DNA from: Bellilinea caldifistulae
GTDB lineage: Bacteria > Chloroflexota > Anaerolineae > Anaerolineales > Anaerolineaceae
Length of the DNA: 32,000 bases
Direction of reading: 5' to 3'
Assembly (NCBI RefSeq): GCF_001306055.1
Contig: NZ_LGHJ01000018.1
Location: forward strand, 90,001 to 122,000
Shown here: in pieces, positions 6,555-16,491 of the stretch
How positions within the stretch are numbered: position 1 is the first letter of the stretch
How the letters are laid out: the number at the start of each line of letters is the position of its first letter
Made by a program: the position numbers and the translations under genes
The notes under the pieces: model-generated
The model's database searches: none
The model's input: the letters and a program-made list of their open reading frames with translations, nothing else
What the model was told of the DNA's origin: nothing

Positions 6555-7919
6555 ATGGAACTTGGATTTCTCTTGGGTTCAATTGTTAAAATTTTAGGGA
6601 TTTTGGCTTACTTATATGGTTTGTTGTGGGTGCTAGCACGCCCTAACCGCTGGGTTAAACTTATTGGGGTGGTGGGAGCTTTTGGGGTGGTGCAATTAGC
6701 CCTGACGGATTTTGGCGGCTTTCAGATCCTGACCAATTTCGACAGCGGTTTGCTGTTTCAGGCCTGCGCCATGACCATGGTTGCACTCGGTTTGAATCTG
6801 ATTTACGGGTTCAACGGGCAATTCAGCCTTGGTCAATGGGGCTTTTATGGAATTGGCGCCTATACGGCTGCGGATATCACCTACCGCTGGGTTAATGGAG
6901 ACGCCAGAGGTCTGCTGGTGGTGGGTTTTGGCACAATTCTGGGCGGACTGGCGCTCATTTACATTGGGCGCTGGTTAAAACGCTTTCGGGGCGTGCCGGT
7001 ACTTTCGTCTTTTACACTCTATTTGATCGGCGCTATTCTGGCAGGAACTGTGGCGGTTTACATTGGCAATGCGCTCAATCCCATGTTTGAACCGTTGCTT
7101 GGCACCAGCCTGAATCCGGGCATTCTCAATTCTCCGTTAGCTTTGCAAATTGTCTTTTTCCTTGCGGTGGTGTTTGCCGGTATTTTCGCGGCGGAAGTGA
7201 GCTTTCTGTTCGGCTTGCCGGTATTGACGCTGGGTTCGGATTACTTTGGGATTGCCACCCTGGGCTTTACGATTGTGGTCAATGTTCTGATGATCAACTC
7301 GGATACCATATTACCCTTCCCGGAAATGAAAGGCGGTCGTGGTATGGTGGGGATTCCGAAGCTGACAACCTGGTTCTGGGCGTTTTTCTTCATGATGGCA
7401 GTTATCATTATCATGAGAAATTTGATCCAATCCAGCACCGGCCGGGCAATCATCTCTGTGCGCGAGGATGAAGTAGCCGCTAAGGCAATGGGTATTGACG
7501 TGGCCGGTTCAAAATTACTGGCATTCGTGGTGGGCAGCTTTTTCGCCGGGGTTGGTGGGGCGGTGTATGCTCACTTTATCGGTTTCCTCAGTCCCGGAAC
7601 ATTTGGCTTTTTACAAAGTTTCAATCCTCTGATTATTATCGTGTTTGGCGGGTTGGGTAGCATGACGGGTACGATTGCGGCATCTTTTGGCTGGATCTTC
7701 TTCCTGGAAGGTTTGCTGCGGGTGTTGCTCAGTCAGATGGGTACCGAGGCGCCAACCTGGCGGTTTGTCTTGTATCCTATCACGTTGTTGCTGTTGATGC
7801 TGATTCGACCGCAGGGTTTGCTGGGAAATATCGAGTGGGGCTTTTTGAAGCAGAAAGACGTGCTGCCGCGAGAAACCTCCGCGGTTGATCAACCCGAAGT
7901 TGCGGCCAGTAAAGCCTGA
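6555..7919 (+). CDS. livM: Branched-chain amino acid ABC transporter permease (LivM family)
   Basis: This polytopic protein has LGLNLIYGFNGQFSLGQ and the C-terminal LMLIRPQGLLG typical of LivM. It lies 12 nt after livH. Confidence 0.9.
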   Translation: MELGFLLGSIVKILGILAYLYGLLWVLARPNRWVKLIGVVGAFGVVQLALTDFGGFQILTNFDSGLLFQACAMTMVALGLNLIYGFNGQFSLGQWGFYGIGAYTAADITYRWVNGDARGLLVVGFGTILGGLALIYIGRWLKRFRGVPVLSSFTLYLIGAILAGTVAVYIGNALNPMFEPLLGTSLNPGILNSPLALQIVFFLAVVFAGIFAAEVSFLFGLPVLTLGSDYFGIATLGFTIVVNVLMINSDTILPFPEMKGGRGMVGIPKLTTWFWAFFFMMAVIIIMRNLIQSSTGRAIISVREDEVAAKAMGIDVAGSKLLAFVVGSFFAGVGGAVYAHFIGFLSPGTFGFLQSFNPLIIIVFGGLGSMTGTIAASFGWIFFLEGLLRVLLSQMGTEAPTWRFVLYPITLLLLMLIRPQGLLGNIEWGFLKQKDVLPRETSAVDQPEVAASKA

Positions 7920-7932
7920 GGAGACCTTGACA

Positions 7933-8721
7933 ATGACCACCATTTCAACAATCCTCGAAATCAGTGATCTGACCAAATTTTTTGGCGGTTTGGGGGCAGT
8001 GCGGAATTTTGACCTGACCCTCAAAAAAGGTGATTTGAATGGATTAATTGGCCCCAATGGGGCAGGAAAAACCACCGTTTTCAATTTGATCACCGGTATT
8101 TACGAACCGACCGCTGGGGATATTGTCTTCAACAATACTTCCATCGTCGGGTTAGAGCCGTTCGAAATTACCCGTTTAGGAATTGCGCGAACCTTTCAGA
8201 ATATCCGCCTGTTTTCCAACCTGACCGTTCTGGATAATGTCCGTATCGCCTATCATCCGCATACCAAATACGGTATGGCGGATGGTATCCTGCATAACCG
8301 TAAGTTTGATGTTCATGAAAAAGAATTAACTGAAAAAGCACAGGACTTTCTGGCGATTTTTGGGTTGGAAAACCTGCAAAACGAAATTGCGAAAAATCTG
8401 CCGTACGGCCAACAACGACGGGTTGAAATTGCCCGTGCGCTGGCTTGTGAACCGCGTTTGTTGCTGCTGGATGAACCAGCAGCCGGGATGAATCCGCGTG
8501 AGATTCTGGAGTTAATGGATCTAATCCATTTCATCCATGATCGCTTTGACCTGACCATTTTGCTGATTGAACATCAAATGCGGGTGGTGATGGGAATTTG
8601 CAAATATATCACCGTGATGGACTTTGGTCAGGTGATCGCGCGTGGAACGCCGAAGGAAATTCAGGAAAACGAACGGGTGATTGAGGCTTATCTGGGAAAA
8701 GGAGCCGGTCATGCTGCTTGA
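7933..8721 (+). CDS. livG: Branched-chain amino acid ABC transporter ATP-binding protein (LivG family)
   Basis: Walker A GPNGAGKTT, signature LPYGQQRRVEIARAL and Walker B LLLLDEPAAG are all present. I prefer the ATG at 7933 (MTTISTILEISDLTKFFGG), preceded by GAGGAG, over the track start at 7885. Confidence 0.9.
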   Translation: MTTISTILEISDLTKFFGGLGAVRNFDLTLKKGDLNGLIGPNGAGKTTVFNLITGIYEPTAGDIVFNNTSIVGLEPFEITRLGIARTFQNIRLFSNLTVLDNVRIAYHPHTKYGMADGILHNRKFDVHEKELTEKAQDFLAIFGLENLQNEIAKNLPYGQQRRVEIARALACEPRLLLLDEPAAGMNPREILELMDLIHFIHDRFDLTILLIEHQMRVVMGICKYITVMDFGQVIARGTPKEIQENERVIEAYLGKGAGHAA

Positions 8722-9418
8722 GGTTGAAAATCTGAATGTTTATTACGGGGCAATTCATGCCTTACAAGGTGTTTCTTTTCACGTTGAGGAGGGCGAAATT
8801 GTTACCCTGATCGGCGCCAATGGCGCTGGTAAATCCACAACCCTGCGCACCATCTCTGGTTTGCTGCGTTCGCGTACCGGACATATCAAATTCAAAGGTC
8901 AGGATATTTCGATGATGCCAGCCGATCAAATTGTCAGGCTGGGCATCAGTCATGTGCCGGAGGGGCGCAAGATTTTTGCTCCTTTGACCGTGAAAGAGAA
9001 CCTGTTGATGGGAGCCTACACCCGTAAAGATCCCAATGAAATTGAACGATCCATGCAACGCGTGTTCGCCAGCTTCCCACGATTAAAGGAGCGTTTGAAT
9101 CAACTGGGAGGGACTCTTTCAGGTGGAGAGCAGCAGATGCTGGCAACCGGCCGGGGATTAATGAGCCGCCCGACTTTGCTGATGATGGATGAACCTTCGA
9201 TGGGGTTAAGTCCCATCCTGGTTGAAGAAATCTTCAACATCATCAAGGACATCAACTCGCAAGGGACCAGCATTCTTTTGGTGGAACAAAACGCTCAGAT
9301 GGCGCTTTCAATTTCACACCGGGCGTATGTGCTGGAAACGGGACGGATCGTTCTTTCTGGTAGCGCAAAAGAGATTGCTGAAAATCCACGGGTAAAAGAA
9401 GCCTATTTAGGCGTATAG
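8711..9418 (+). CDS. livF: Branched-chain amino acid ABC transporter ATP-binding protein (LivF family)
   Basis: Walker A GANGAGKST, signature LSGGEQQMLATGRGL and Walker B LLMMDEPSMG are all present. The ATG at 8711 (MLLEVENLNVYYG) overlaps the livG stop by 11 nt. Confidence 0.9.
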   Translation: MLLEVENLNVYYGAIHALQGVSFHVEEGEIVTLIGANGAGKSTTLRTISGLLRSRTGHIKFKGQDISMMPADQIVRLGISHVPEGRKIFAPLTVKENLLMGAYTRKDPNEIERSMQRVFASFPRLKERLNQLGGTLSGGEQQMLATGRGLMSRPTLLMMDEPSMGLSPILVEEIFNIIKDINSQGTSILLVEQNAQMALSISHRAYVLETGRIVLSGSAKEIAENPRVKEAYLGV

Positions 9419-9420
9419 GG

Positions 9421-9807
9421 TACCGGGCTGGCCTGTAAGCCGCATTCTGTCCACCCGCAGGGTATCCCGATTGGGACGGCTGCGGGTGGGGTGATCATCT
9501 CTCTTGACCGGCTGTTACCAGACGGTTCTATGCAGCCTACCCGGAACTCAAACGGGACGAGCAGCCCCTCGTTCCTGCTTGGCTTTGCTCCCGGCGGGGG
9601 TTGCCTGGCAGCCGCATTACTGCGGACTCCGGTGGTCTCTTACACCACCTTTTCACCCTTGCTGCCTGAAACAGGCAGCGGTTTGTTTCTGTGGCCCGAT
9701 CCAGCAGGTTACCCCGCTCCGGGTGTTACCCGGCGCCGTGCTCTGTGGAGTGCGGACTTTCCTCAGCAGCCGAAAATGACTGCCGCGATCACCCGGCCAG
9801 CCCGGTT
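9421..9807 (-). ncRNA. rnpB: RNase P RNA, bacterial type A
   Basis: The reverse complement carries the conserved type-A blocks in the correct order. These are AACCGGGCUGGCC...GAGGAAAGUCCGCACUCCACAGAGCA...GGGUAACACCCGG...AAGGGUGAAAAGGUGGUGUAAGAGACCACC...GGAGCAAAGCCAAGCAGG...CCGGGUAGGCUGC...ACAGAAUGCGGCUUACAGGCCAGCCCGG. P1 forms from CCGGGCUGGCC (5') and GGCCAGCCCGG (3'). The ends are approximate, within about 5 nt. Confidence 0.92.
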
Positions 9808-9814
9808 AATATAG

Positions 9815-9843
9815 AATATACCCTAAGAAATCCCAAACGTAAA
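9815..9843 (-). promoter_or_regulatory. Candidate promoter of rnpB
   Basis: On the minus strand: -35 TTTACG (plus 9838-9843), a 17-nt spacer, then -10 TATATT (9815-9820). This places the transcription start about 7 nt downstream, at the AACCGGG 5' end of the RNA. Confidence 0.4.
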
Positions 9844-9882
9844 GTATAATCTACTCAAGCCATTTTTTTCTCGGAGGGAACA

Positions 9883-10641
9883 ATGCGTACACCTTTGATT
9901 GCTGGAAATTGGAAGATGAACAAAACTGTGGAACAGGCACGCGCGCTGGTAGCCGAAATGTTACCCGGTTTGCAAGCGGTTCCGTCGGTCGAGCGGGTGC
10001 TTTGTCCGCCGTTTACGGCGCTGATGCCCATTTCAGCCATGCTGGTAGGGACAGAGATTGGACTGGGGGCGCAAAACATGCACTGGGAAGCCCAGGGAGC
10101 CTTTACGGGTGAGATTTCACCAGGGATGGTTAAGGAATTTTGTCAGTACGTCATTTTAGGGCACTCTGAACGACGCACCTATTTTGGTGAAACCGATCAG
10201 ACGGTTAACAAAAAAGTTCATGCCGCACTGGCAAACCAGTTAATTCCGATTGTGTGTGTGGGAGAAACTCTGGAAGAAAACGAAGCTGGTCGAACTGCGG
10301 AAGTGGTTGCCCGTCAGGTTTGTGATGGATTGAAGGATGTATCCAAAGATCAGGCCGCCAAGCTGGTGATTGCCTACGAACCGGTTTGGGCAATTGGCAC
10401 CGGCAGGGCAGCCAGCGGTGAAGTGGCCAATCGGGTGCTGGCCGAAATTATTCGCCCGGCGTTGGCAGGTCTGTTTGATACGCCAACAGCCCAAAAAATT
10501 AGAATTCTATATGGCGGTTCGGTCACGGCCGCGAACGCCCAAGAGTTTTTTGGTCAACCTGAAATTGATGGCGCATTAGTGGGCGGCGCCAGCCTCAAAC
10601 CGGCTGAGTTTGTCAATATCGCCATTGCTGCTGCAAAGTGA
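9883..10641 (+). CDS. tpiA: Triosephosphate isomerase
   Basis: IAGNWKMN, GHSERR and AYEPVWAIGTG are all present. SD GGAGGGA lies upstream of the ATG. Confidence 0.96.
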   Translation: MRTPLIAGNWKMNKTVEQARALVAEMLPGLQAVPSVERVLCPPFTALMPISAMLVGTEIGLGAQNMHWEAQGAFTGEISPGMVKEFCQYVILGHSERRTYFGETDQTVNKKVHAALANQLIPIVCVGETLEENEAGRTAEVVARQVCDGLKDVSKDQAAKLVIAYEPVWAIGTGRAASGEVANRVLAEIIRPALAGLFDTPTAQKIRILYGGSVTAANAQEFFGQPEIDGALVGGASLKPAEFVNIAIAAAK

Positions 10642-11390
10642 GTTGGTTTCAACCCTATAGCGGGCTGATATTTTTTGTTCTAAGTCTGCTGATGTATCTG
10701 GTGGTGCAGCGCAGGCTGCACCGCGAGATACAGGGGGTTTTTCTTCTGTTGACGCGCAGCCCGGCGCTGGCTTTAGGGCTGTTTGCCTTGTTGTTCTTTC
10801 CCGGTGTTTTGATCCATGAAGCCAGTCACTGGATTATTGCCAAACTGGTGGGTGTACGCACCGGAAAATTTTCACTCATTCCGCAATTGCAGCCGGATGG
10901 CACTTTGCGATTGGGATATGTTGAAGCAGCGCCGGCGGATGTCTTCCGTGAGACTTTAATTGGAGCAGCTCCTTTTATGAGCGGTGTGCTGACCGTTGGC
11001 TGGATTGCTCTTTTCCCTTTGAAGATCATGTCCTTTGGGCAAATCCAATCTGTCGCAAGTTTTTGGAGCGCTCTGGCCGAAATGGTCAGCCTGCCGGATT
11101 TTTGGTTGTGGTTTTATCTGGCATTTACAATCAGTTCCACCATGCTGCCTTCGGCATCGGATCGGCGTGCATGGCTGCCAGCCCTGTTGATCATCAGTAT
11201 GATTTTGTTGATTTTTCTGTTGGCCGGTGCGGGCGATTGGTTGTTAGCCATGGTGGAGCCAATCAATCGAATTCTGAGCGCGTTAGCTCTTGTCTTTGTA
11301 TTTTCCTTGCTGCTGCATGTATGTTTGATTCTGCCTTTCTGGCTCTTGCGCAGGTTCCTGAGCCGGATCACTGGCTTGGAGGTAATTTGA
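10638..11390 (+). CDS. Polytopic membrane protein with an HExxH motif (putative membrane zinc metalloprotease-like)
   Basis: It has about 6 TM segments, and HEASH (LIHEASHWIIAKLVG) sits at the end of TM2. The GTG start overlaps the tpiA stop (GTGA). The family is not identified with confidence, and the start is uncertain. Confidence 0.55.
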   Translation: MSWFQPYSGLIFFVLSLLMYLVVQRRLHREIQGVFLLLTRSPALALGLFALLFFPGVLIHEASHWIIAKLVGVRTGKFSLIPQLQPDGTLRLGYVEAAPADVFRETLIGAAPFMSGVLTVGWIALFPLKIMSFGQIQSVASFWSALAEMVSLPDFWLWFYLAFTISSTMLPSASDRRAWLPALLIISMILLIFLLAGAGDWLLAMVEPINRILSALALVFVFSLLLHVCLILPFWLLRRFLSRITGLEVI

Positions 11391-11478
11391 CAATCATCAT
11401 CCAATTTTAGGACTAAGGTTAGGTGAAAAATTTGTCCATTTTCATTAGAATGGTGGATAAAACAGGGAGAATGACCAC

Positions 11479-12468
11479 TTGTTAACCGACCCGTTTGGCA
11501 GGCAAATTACCTATTTGCGTATCTCGGTCACCGACCGGTGTAACTTCCGGTGTGTTTACTGCATGCCGCCACAGGGTGTGCCGCATGTTCCCCACGAACG
11601 GATTATGCGTTACGAGGAAATTGCGGCATTTGTTCAGGTGGCAGCCCGGCAGGGTATTCGTAAAGTACGCCTTACCGGCGGTGAACCTCTGGTACGGGCT
11701 GATATACCCCGGCTGGTGGAGATGATTTCGGCCATCGAAGGAATAGAGGACATCAGCCTGACAACCAATGGCATTTTGCTTGAAAAATATGCCGGAGCCC
11801 TTGCTCAAGCAGGTCTAAAACGCGTGAATGTCAGTCTGGACACGCTGAACGCTGAAAAATTTGCCTGTATCACCCGCGGAGGTGAACTGGAAAAAGTTCT
11901 GAGGGGCATTGCTGCGGCAGAAGCGTATGGGTTAACCCCGATCAAAATCAATACCGTCATCATGCGCGGAATCAACGATGACGAATTGGTTGATCTGGCA
12001 AAATTGACGCTGAGTCATCCGTGGAATCTGCGCTTTATTGAGCTCATGCCGATTGAAAATCAGCGGCCGTGGGGGGAAGGTTTTCCTCCCCCGGAAGACA
12101 TCTTCATGCCGGTCAGTGAAGTGATGGACATTTTGCAGCCTTTGGGTTTGCATCCGGTGGAATTGTCCGGTGATAGCGGCCCGGCGATCCCCTATCGGCT
12201 GGTTGGCGGGGTTGGGACGGTGGGTTTTATTTCGCCGTTGACCGAACAGCATTTTTGTCAGCGCTGCAACCGTATCCGCCTGACGGCAGATGGTCATTTA
12301 CGACCCTGCCTGATGAGTGATGCGGAAATTCCAATCTTGCCGGCCCTGCGAGCCGGTGAACCGGTTTTGCCTTTGTTACAAGAGGCAGTCAACAAGAAGC
12401 CTGTTTCTCATCAGCTGGCTTACCACATTTCGCCCAACGGCCGCTGCATGATTCAGATTGGGGGGTAA
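11479..12468 (+). CDS. moaA: GTP 3',8-cyclase (molybdenum cofactor biosynthesis protein A), radical SAM
   Basis: It has the CNFRCVYCMP radical-SAM cluster motif and LTGGEPL. The C-terminal second cluster reads CQRCNRIRLTADGHLRPCL. It starts at a TTG about 9 nt after GGGAGA. Confidence 0.9.
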   Translation: MLTDPFGRQITYLRISVTDRCNFRCVYCMPPQGVPHVPHERIMRYEEIAAFVQVAARQGIRKVRLTGGEPLVRADIPRLVEMISAIEGIEDISLTTNGILLEKYAGALAQAGLKRVNVSLDTLNAEKFACITRGGELEKVLRGIAAAEAYGLTPIKINTVIMRGINDDELVDLAKLTLSHPWNLRFIELMPIENQRPWGEGFPPPEDIFMPVSEVMDILQPLGLHPVELSGDSGPAIPYRLVGGVGTVGFISPLTEQHFCQRCNRIRLTADGHLRPCLMSDAEIPILPALRAGEPVLPLLQEAVNKKPVSHQLAYHISPNGRCMIQIGG

Positions 12469-12474
12469 GGATCA

Positions 12475-13101
12475 TCACCCCGTGCCAAACTGGCGGTCGC
12501 CGGCGTCTCCCAGTCCGGGTACGATATAGCCAATCTCGTTCAGGTGGTCATCCACGGCTGCCAGATGGATGGGAACATCCGGGTGGTGTTGCTGCATGTT
12601 ATGGATGCCCTCCGGTGCGCCGATTAATCCAACAAACTTGATTCGTCTGACGCCCCATTGTTTGAGAATGTCAACAGTGGCGACTGCTGAACCACCCGTA
12701 GCAAGCATCGGGTCGAGAATCAGGCAGACGGAAACACGCGGTTCGGTGGGTAGTTTGTTGTAATATTGTACCGGTTTGAGAGTCTTTTCGTCGCGATAGA
12801 TGCCGATGTGCCAGACTTCGGCGGAAGGCATCATTTCCCAGATCCCCTCGACCATTCCCAGACCAGCACGGAGGATGGGCACCAATCCAATTTTTTCTAA
12901 TAACTCAGCCCCCGGTGCAGTACCTAATGGGGTTTGTACCTCGACGGGCTGGATTTGCAAATCGGCGGTGGCTTCGTAAGCGAGCAAGATGGTGATTTCC
13001 CTAACCAGTTCCCGAAATTTTTTCGGTTCGGTTTGGGTTGAGCGAAGTTTAGCCAGTTTGTGAGCAACCAGCGGGTGTTGGGAGATGAAGACCTGGGACA
13101 T
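12475..13101 (-). CDS. upp: Uracil phosphoribosyltransferase
   Basis: [12 protein letters not shown] and PILRAGLGM are present, along with the PRPP loop [13 protein letters not shown] prefer the ATG at 13101 ([10 protein letters not shown]), preceded by AAGGAG, over the track start at 13149. Confidence 0.9.
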   Translation of the reverse strand: MSQVFISQHPLVAHKLAKLRSTQTEPKKFRELVREITILLAYEATADLQIQPVEVQTPLGTAPGAELLEKIGLVPILRAGLGMVEGIWEMMPSAEVWHIGIYRDEKTLKPVQYYNKLPTEPRVSVCLILDPMLATGGSAVATVDILKQWGVRRIKFVGLIGAPEGIHNMQQHHPDVPIHLAAVDDHLNEIGYIVPGLGDAGDRQFGTG

Positions 13102-13173
13102 ATCTGCTCCTTGGAGAAGATTTTTCCCATTATAAACCCATTCAGGCAAACGAAAGAGGGTATAATCGTTGCC

Positions 13174-14220
13174 ATGAGCGATTCATCAAGCCGATTGGTA
13201 CAACCCGAAGCCCGTCCGGATGACCGTCTGGATCAGGCGTTACGTCCCCGCCATTTGAATGAGGTGATCGGGCAGGATCAGGTCAAAGAAAACCTGTCCA
13301 TTTTGATCAGTGCTGCCCGAAAACGCAACGAACCCCTTGATCACGTGCTTTTTTACGGTCCGCCGGGATTGGGCAAAACCACATTCGCCCATGTACTGGC
13401 CAATGAGATGGGAGTCAACATCAAAATCACAGCCGGTCCGGCAGTTGAGCGTGCTGGCGATCTGGCGGCCATCCTTACCAATCTACATGCCGGTGATATT
13501 TTGTTTATTGATGAGATTCACCGGTTAGGAAAAACCGTTGAAGAAGTGCTTTACCCGGCAATGGAAGATTTTGCCCTGGATATCGTCATTGGCAAGGGGC
13601 CATCGGCGCGTTCGATTCGTTTGAAATTACCCCGTTTTTCGGTGATTGGAGCCACAACACGGCTGGCGCTGGTCAGCGCACCGCTGCGCGCCCGCTTTGG
13701 GGCGGTGTATCGGTTGGATTATTACGAACTGCAGCCGATGTGCATCATCGTTCAGCGGGCAGCCCAAATTCTAAAGGTGCCAGCCGACCAGGGCGGCATT
13801 GAGGAAATTGCCAGACGAGCGAGAGGAACGCCGCGGGTGGCTTTGCGTTTATTGCGGCGAGTGCGGGATTTTGCCCAGGTTCGGGCCGATGGAATAATCA
13901 ACCGTGAGGTAGCCCGCGAAGCCTTGAATTTGCTCAACGTTGATCCATTGGGTTTGGATGATGTGGACCGCCGGGTTTTAAATACGGTAATTGAAAAATA
14001 TGGCGGCGGCCCGGTCGGATTGAACACAATTGCCGCTTCCATCGGAGAGGAAGCAGATACGATTATGGATGTGGTCGAACCTTACCTGCTGCAATTGGGC
14101 TTTTTGGATCGCACTCCTCAGGGAAGGGTTGCTACTCGGCTGGCCTATGAGCACTTGGGAATCGCCTTTCCGGGTGATCACCGTCAACCTACATTATTTG
14201 ATGCTTCAAACTCGGAGTAA
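13174..14220 (+). CDS. ruvB: Holliday junction branch migration DNA helicase RuvB
   Basis: [13 protein letters not shown], Walker [10 protein letters not shown], Walker B IDEIHRL and [16 protein letters not shown] are all present. I choose the ATG at 13174 because the 38 upstream residues of the track ORF overlap the divergent promoter region and the start of upp. Confidence 0.95.
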   Translation: MSDSSSRLVQPEARPDDRLDQALRPRHLNEVIGQDQVKENLSILISAARKRNEPLDHVLFYGPPGLGKTTFAHVLANEMGVNIKITAGPAVERAGDLAAILTNLHAGDILFIDEIHRLGKTVEEVLYPAMEDFALDIVIGKGPSARSIRLKLPRFSVIGATTRLALVSAPLRARFGAVYRLDYYELQPMCIIVQRAAQILKVPADQGGIEEIARRARGTPRVALRLLRRVRDFAQVRADGIINREVAREALNLLNVDPLGLDDVDRRVLNTVIEKYGGGPVGLNTIAASIGEEADTIMDVVEPYLLQLGFLDRTPQGRVATRLAYEHLGIAFPGDHRQPTLFDASNSE

Positions 14221-14245
14221 CTTGACCGAAAACCATTTCCGCTCC

Positions 14246-15265
14246 ATGCGTACCAGTGATTTTGATTATTACCTTCCACCGGAACGAATCGCTCAACACC
14301 CGATCGAACCGCGTCACAATGCCCGTTTGCTTGTGTACGACCGAAAAACGGGCAAAATGGATCACCGCATCTTTTACGACCTGCCGGAGTATTTGAATGC
14401 CGGAGATGTGCTGGTCATTAATCAGACGCGGGTGATACCGGCACGAATCTTCGGTTTCAAACCCAGTGGCGGAAAGGTGGAAATTCTTTTGCTCAAGCGG
14501 GAAAGTGATCTGGTGTGGGAAGCCCTGGTGGGGGGCAAGAAAATCCGGGAAGGAACCATCCTTCAACTGGTAGAAGGGCCGCTCGCTGTCGTTGAGCAGG
14601 TACTCGATGGCGCACGCCGTCTGATTCGGTTCGAGACGGAAATTGAACCCTACCTTGAAAAACAAGGCCAGATGCCGCTTCCACCATACATTCACGAAAA
14701 ACTGGAAGATCCGGAACGCTATCAAACCGTGTTTGCTCGGCAGCCCGGTTCGGCAGCGGCACCTACTGCCGGCCTGCACTTCACACCGGAATTGATCCAA
14801 CTTCTGGAACAAAAAGGCATCCTTTTTGGGCGGGTTACCCTGCATGTGGGGCTGGATACCTTTGCGCCGGTTACAGAAGAAGATCCCCGCCAACACGCCA
14901 TTCACAGCGAATGGTGCGAGTTGGACGAGGAAACCGCCAGCCTGATCAATTCGGCTCGGGCGAAAGGCGGGCGAATCATTGCGGTGGGAACCACCTCCGT
15001 GCGAACGCTGGAAAGTGCGGGGGTGAATGCCCAAAGCGGGCAGGTAGTTGCACCATTCCACGGCAGTACCCGTTTGTACATCTTACCGGGTTTTACTTTC
15101 AAAGCAGTGGATGCAATGATCACCAACTTTCATTTACCACGCTCGACCTTGCTCATGCTGGTATCGGCTTTTGCGGGAAGAGAACAGATTTTGAGAGTGT
15201 ACGAGGAAGCCATTCGCCGGGAGTATCGGTTTTACTCGTTCGGTGATGCGATGTTGATTTTATAA
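14246..15265 (+). CDS. queA: S-adenosylmethionine:tRNA ribosyltransferase-isomerase
   Basis: [19 protein letters not shown] matches the QueA N-terminus. [10 protein letters not shown] and [16 protein letters not shown] are also present. An alternative in-frame TTG lies at 14222, and there is no clear SD. Confidence 0.9.
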   Translation: MRTSDFDYYLPPERIAQHPIEPRHNARLLVYDRKTGKMDHRIFYDLPEYLNAGDVLVINQTRVIPARIFGFKPSGGKVEILLLKRESDLVWEALVGGKKIREGTILQLVEGPLAVVEQVLDGARRLIRFETEIEPYLEKQGQMPLPPYIHEKLEDPERYQTVFARQPGSAAAPTAGLHFTPELIQLLEQKGILFGRVTLHVGLDTFAPVTEEDPRQHAIHSEWCELDEETASLINSARAKGGRIIAVGTTSVRTLESAGVNAQSGQVVAPFHGSTRLYILPGFTFKAVDAMITNFHLPRSTLLMLVSAFAGREQILRVYEEAIRREYRFYSFGDAMLIL

Positions 15266-15281
15266 CCCTAAAGGAGAGATC

Positions 15282-15803
15282 ATGACTAAAAAGAGTTTAC
15301 AATGGGCGCAACCACCTGCGATGCAGATTGACCCCAAAAAACACTACACGGCAACCTTTGTGACTGAAAAGGGGGATATTATTGTCCGCTTACACGCGGA
15401 CAAGGTTCCCAAAACTGTGAACAATTTTGTCTTTCTTGCTCGCCAGGGTTTTTATGATGATACGATTTTTCATCGGGTAATTGATGATTTCATGGCCCAA
15501 GGCGGAGATCCAACCGGAACGGGCAGGGGCGGGCCGGGCTATCGCTTTGAGGATGAATTCCATCCCGACCTGAAGCATGATAAACCCGGCATTCTCTCGA
15601 TGGCGAACGCTGGCCCGAATACCAACGGTTCTCAGTTTTTCATTACCCACGTGCCAACACCATGGCTGGATAACCGTCATGCCGTATTTGGTGAGGTCAT
15701 TGCGGGAATGGACGTGCTCCTGTCCATCCCTGCCCGTGATCCAATGAAAGTCAACAGCCCGGCTGTACGTTTGAAAACCGTGACGATCAACGAAGAGGAT
15801 TGA
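15282..15803 (+). CDS. ppiB: Peptidyl-prolyl cis-trans isomerase, cyclophilin type
   Basis: [25 protein letters not shown] and [17 protein letters not shown] are present. SD AAGGAGAG lies upstream. Confidence 0.9.
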   Translation: MTKKSLQWAQPPAMQIDPKKHYTATFVTEKGDIIVRLHADKVPKTVNNFVFLARQGFYDDTIFHRVIDDFMAQGGDPTGTGRGGPGYRFEDEFHPDLKHDKPGILSMANAGPNTNGSQFFITHVPTPWLDNRHAVFGEVIAGMDVLLSIPARDPMKVNSPAVRLKTVTINEED

Positions 15804-15810
15804 GCCTTTC

Positions 15811-16491
15811 TTGACTGTGCAACGAGATTTATGGGAGCAGTTGAATCGGGAAATTATTGGCTGCCGGCGCTGCCCGCGGTTGGTGGAATGGCGCGAGCAG
15901 GTGGCGCGGGAGCGCCGACGTGCTTTTGCAGATTGGGAATATTGGGGAAAACCGGTTCCGGGATTTGGGGATACTCAAGCGCGGGTGTTGATTGTCGGGC
16001 TGGCACCCGGTGCTCACGGTTCAAACCGTACCGGCAGAATGTTCACTGGTGATTCTTCCGGTGATTTTCTTTACAGGGCTTTGTATGAAGCCGGTTTTGC
16101 CAGCCAACCCACCGCAAATCATCAGGGAGACGGATTGAAGCTACAGGATGTTTTCATTACGGCGGTATGTCGCTGCGCTCCACCGGATAACCGTCCCCTC
16201 ACAGAGGAAATTCTCAATTGCCAGCCGTATCTGGTACAAGAATTGCGTCTGCTCAGCCAGCTGGAGGGAATTGTTGCATTGGGGCGAATCGCTTTTGAGC
16301 GGGTTCAAAAAATCCTGCGGCCCGAAAATCCACTGCTACCATTTCGGCATGGGGCATTTTATAAACCGGTAGATCATTTACCCTGGTTGCTGGCTTCGTA
16401 CCATCCCAGCCGGCAGAACACTCAAACCGGGAGGCTCACGCCAGCAATGTTTGCGGGTATCTGGCAGCGGGTGAGGGAAGAACTCGGTTAA
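15811..16491 (+). CDS. Uracil-DNA glycosylase, Fe-S family 4/5 (the motif suggests family 5, UdgB-like)
   Basis: Cys ligands occur at CRRCPRL and AVCRCAPP. Active-site motif A reads GLAPGAHGSNRTGRMFTGD, which is GLAPx rather than the family-4 GEAPG. Motif B is SYHPSRQNTQTGRLT. Confidence 0.8.
   Translation: MTVQRDLWEQLNREIIGCRRCPRLVEWREQVARERRRAFADWEYWGKPVPGFGDTQARVLIVGLAPGAHGSNRTGRMFTGDSSGDFLYRALYEAGFASQPTANHQGDGLKLQDVFITAVCRCAPPDNRPLTEEILNCQPYLVQELRLLSQLEGIVALGRIAFERVQKILRPENPLLPFRHGAFYKPVDHLPWLLASYHPSRQNTQTGRLTPAMFAGIWQRVREELG

Noticed and set aside
9491-9814. Plus-strand ORFs of 107 aa and 91 aa in a G/C-rich stretch
   Set aside because: They lie entirely inside the minus-strand RNase P RNA gene. 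The translations are Pro/Gly/Ala/Arg-rich with no SD, so they are artefacts of a structured-RNA gene.
11391-11478. Moco riboswitch upstream of moaA
   Set aside because: The intergenic region is only 88 nt and lacks the long conserved Moco-motif helices. It looks like a plain promoter/SD region.
14189-15061. 290-aa ORF antisense to queA
   Set aside because: This is an antisense shadow of a confidently identified gene. It has no motifs and no SD.
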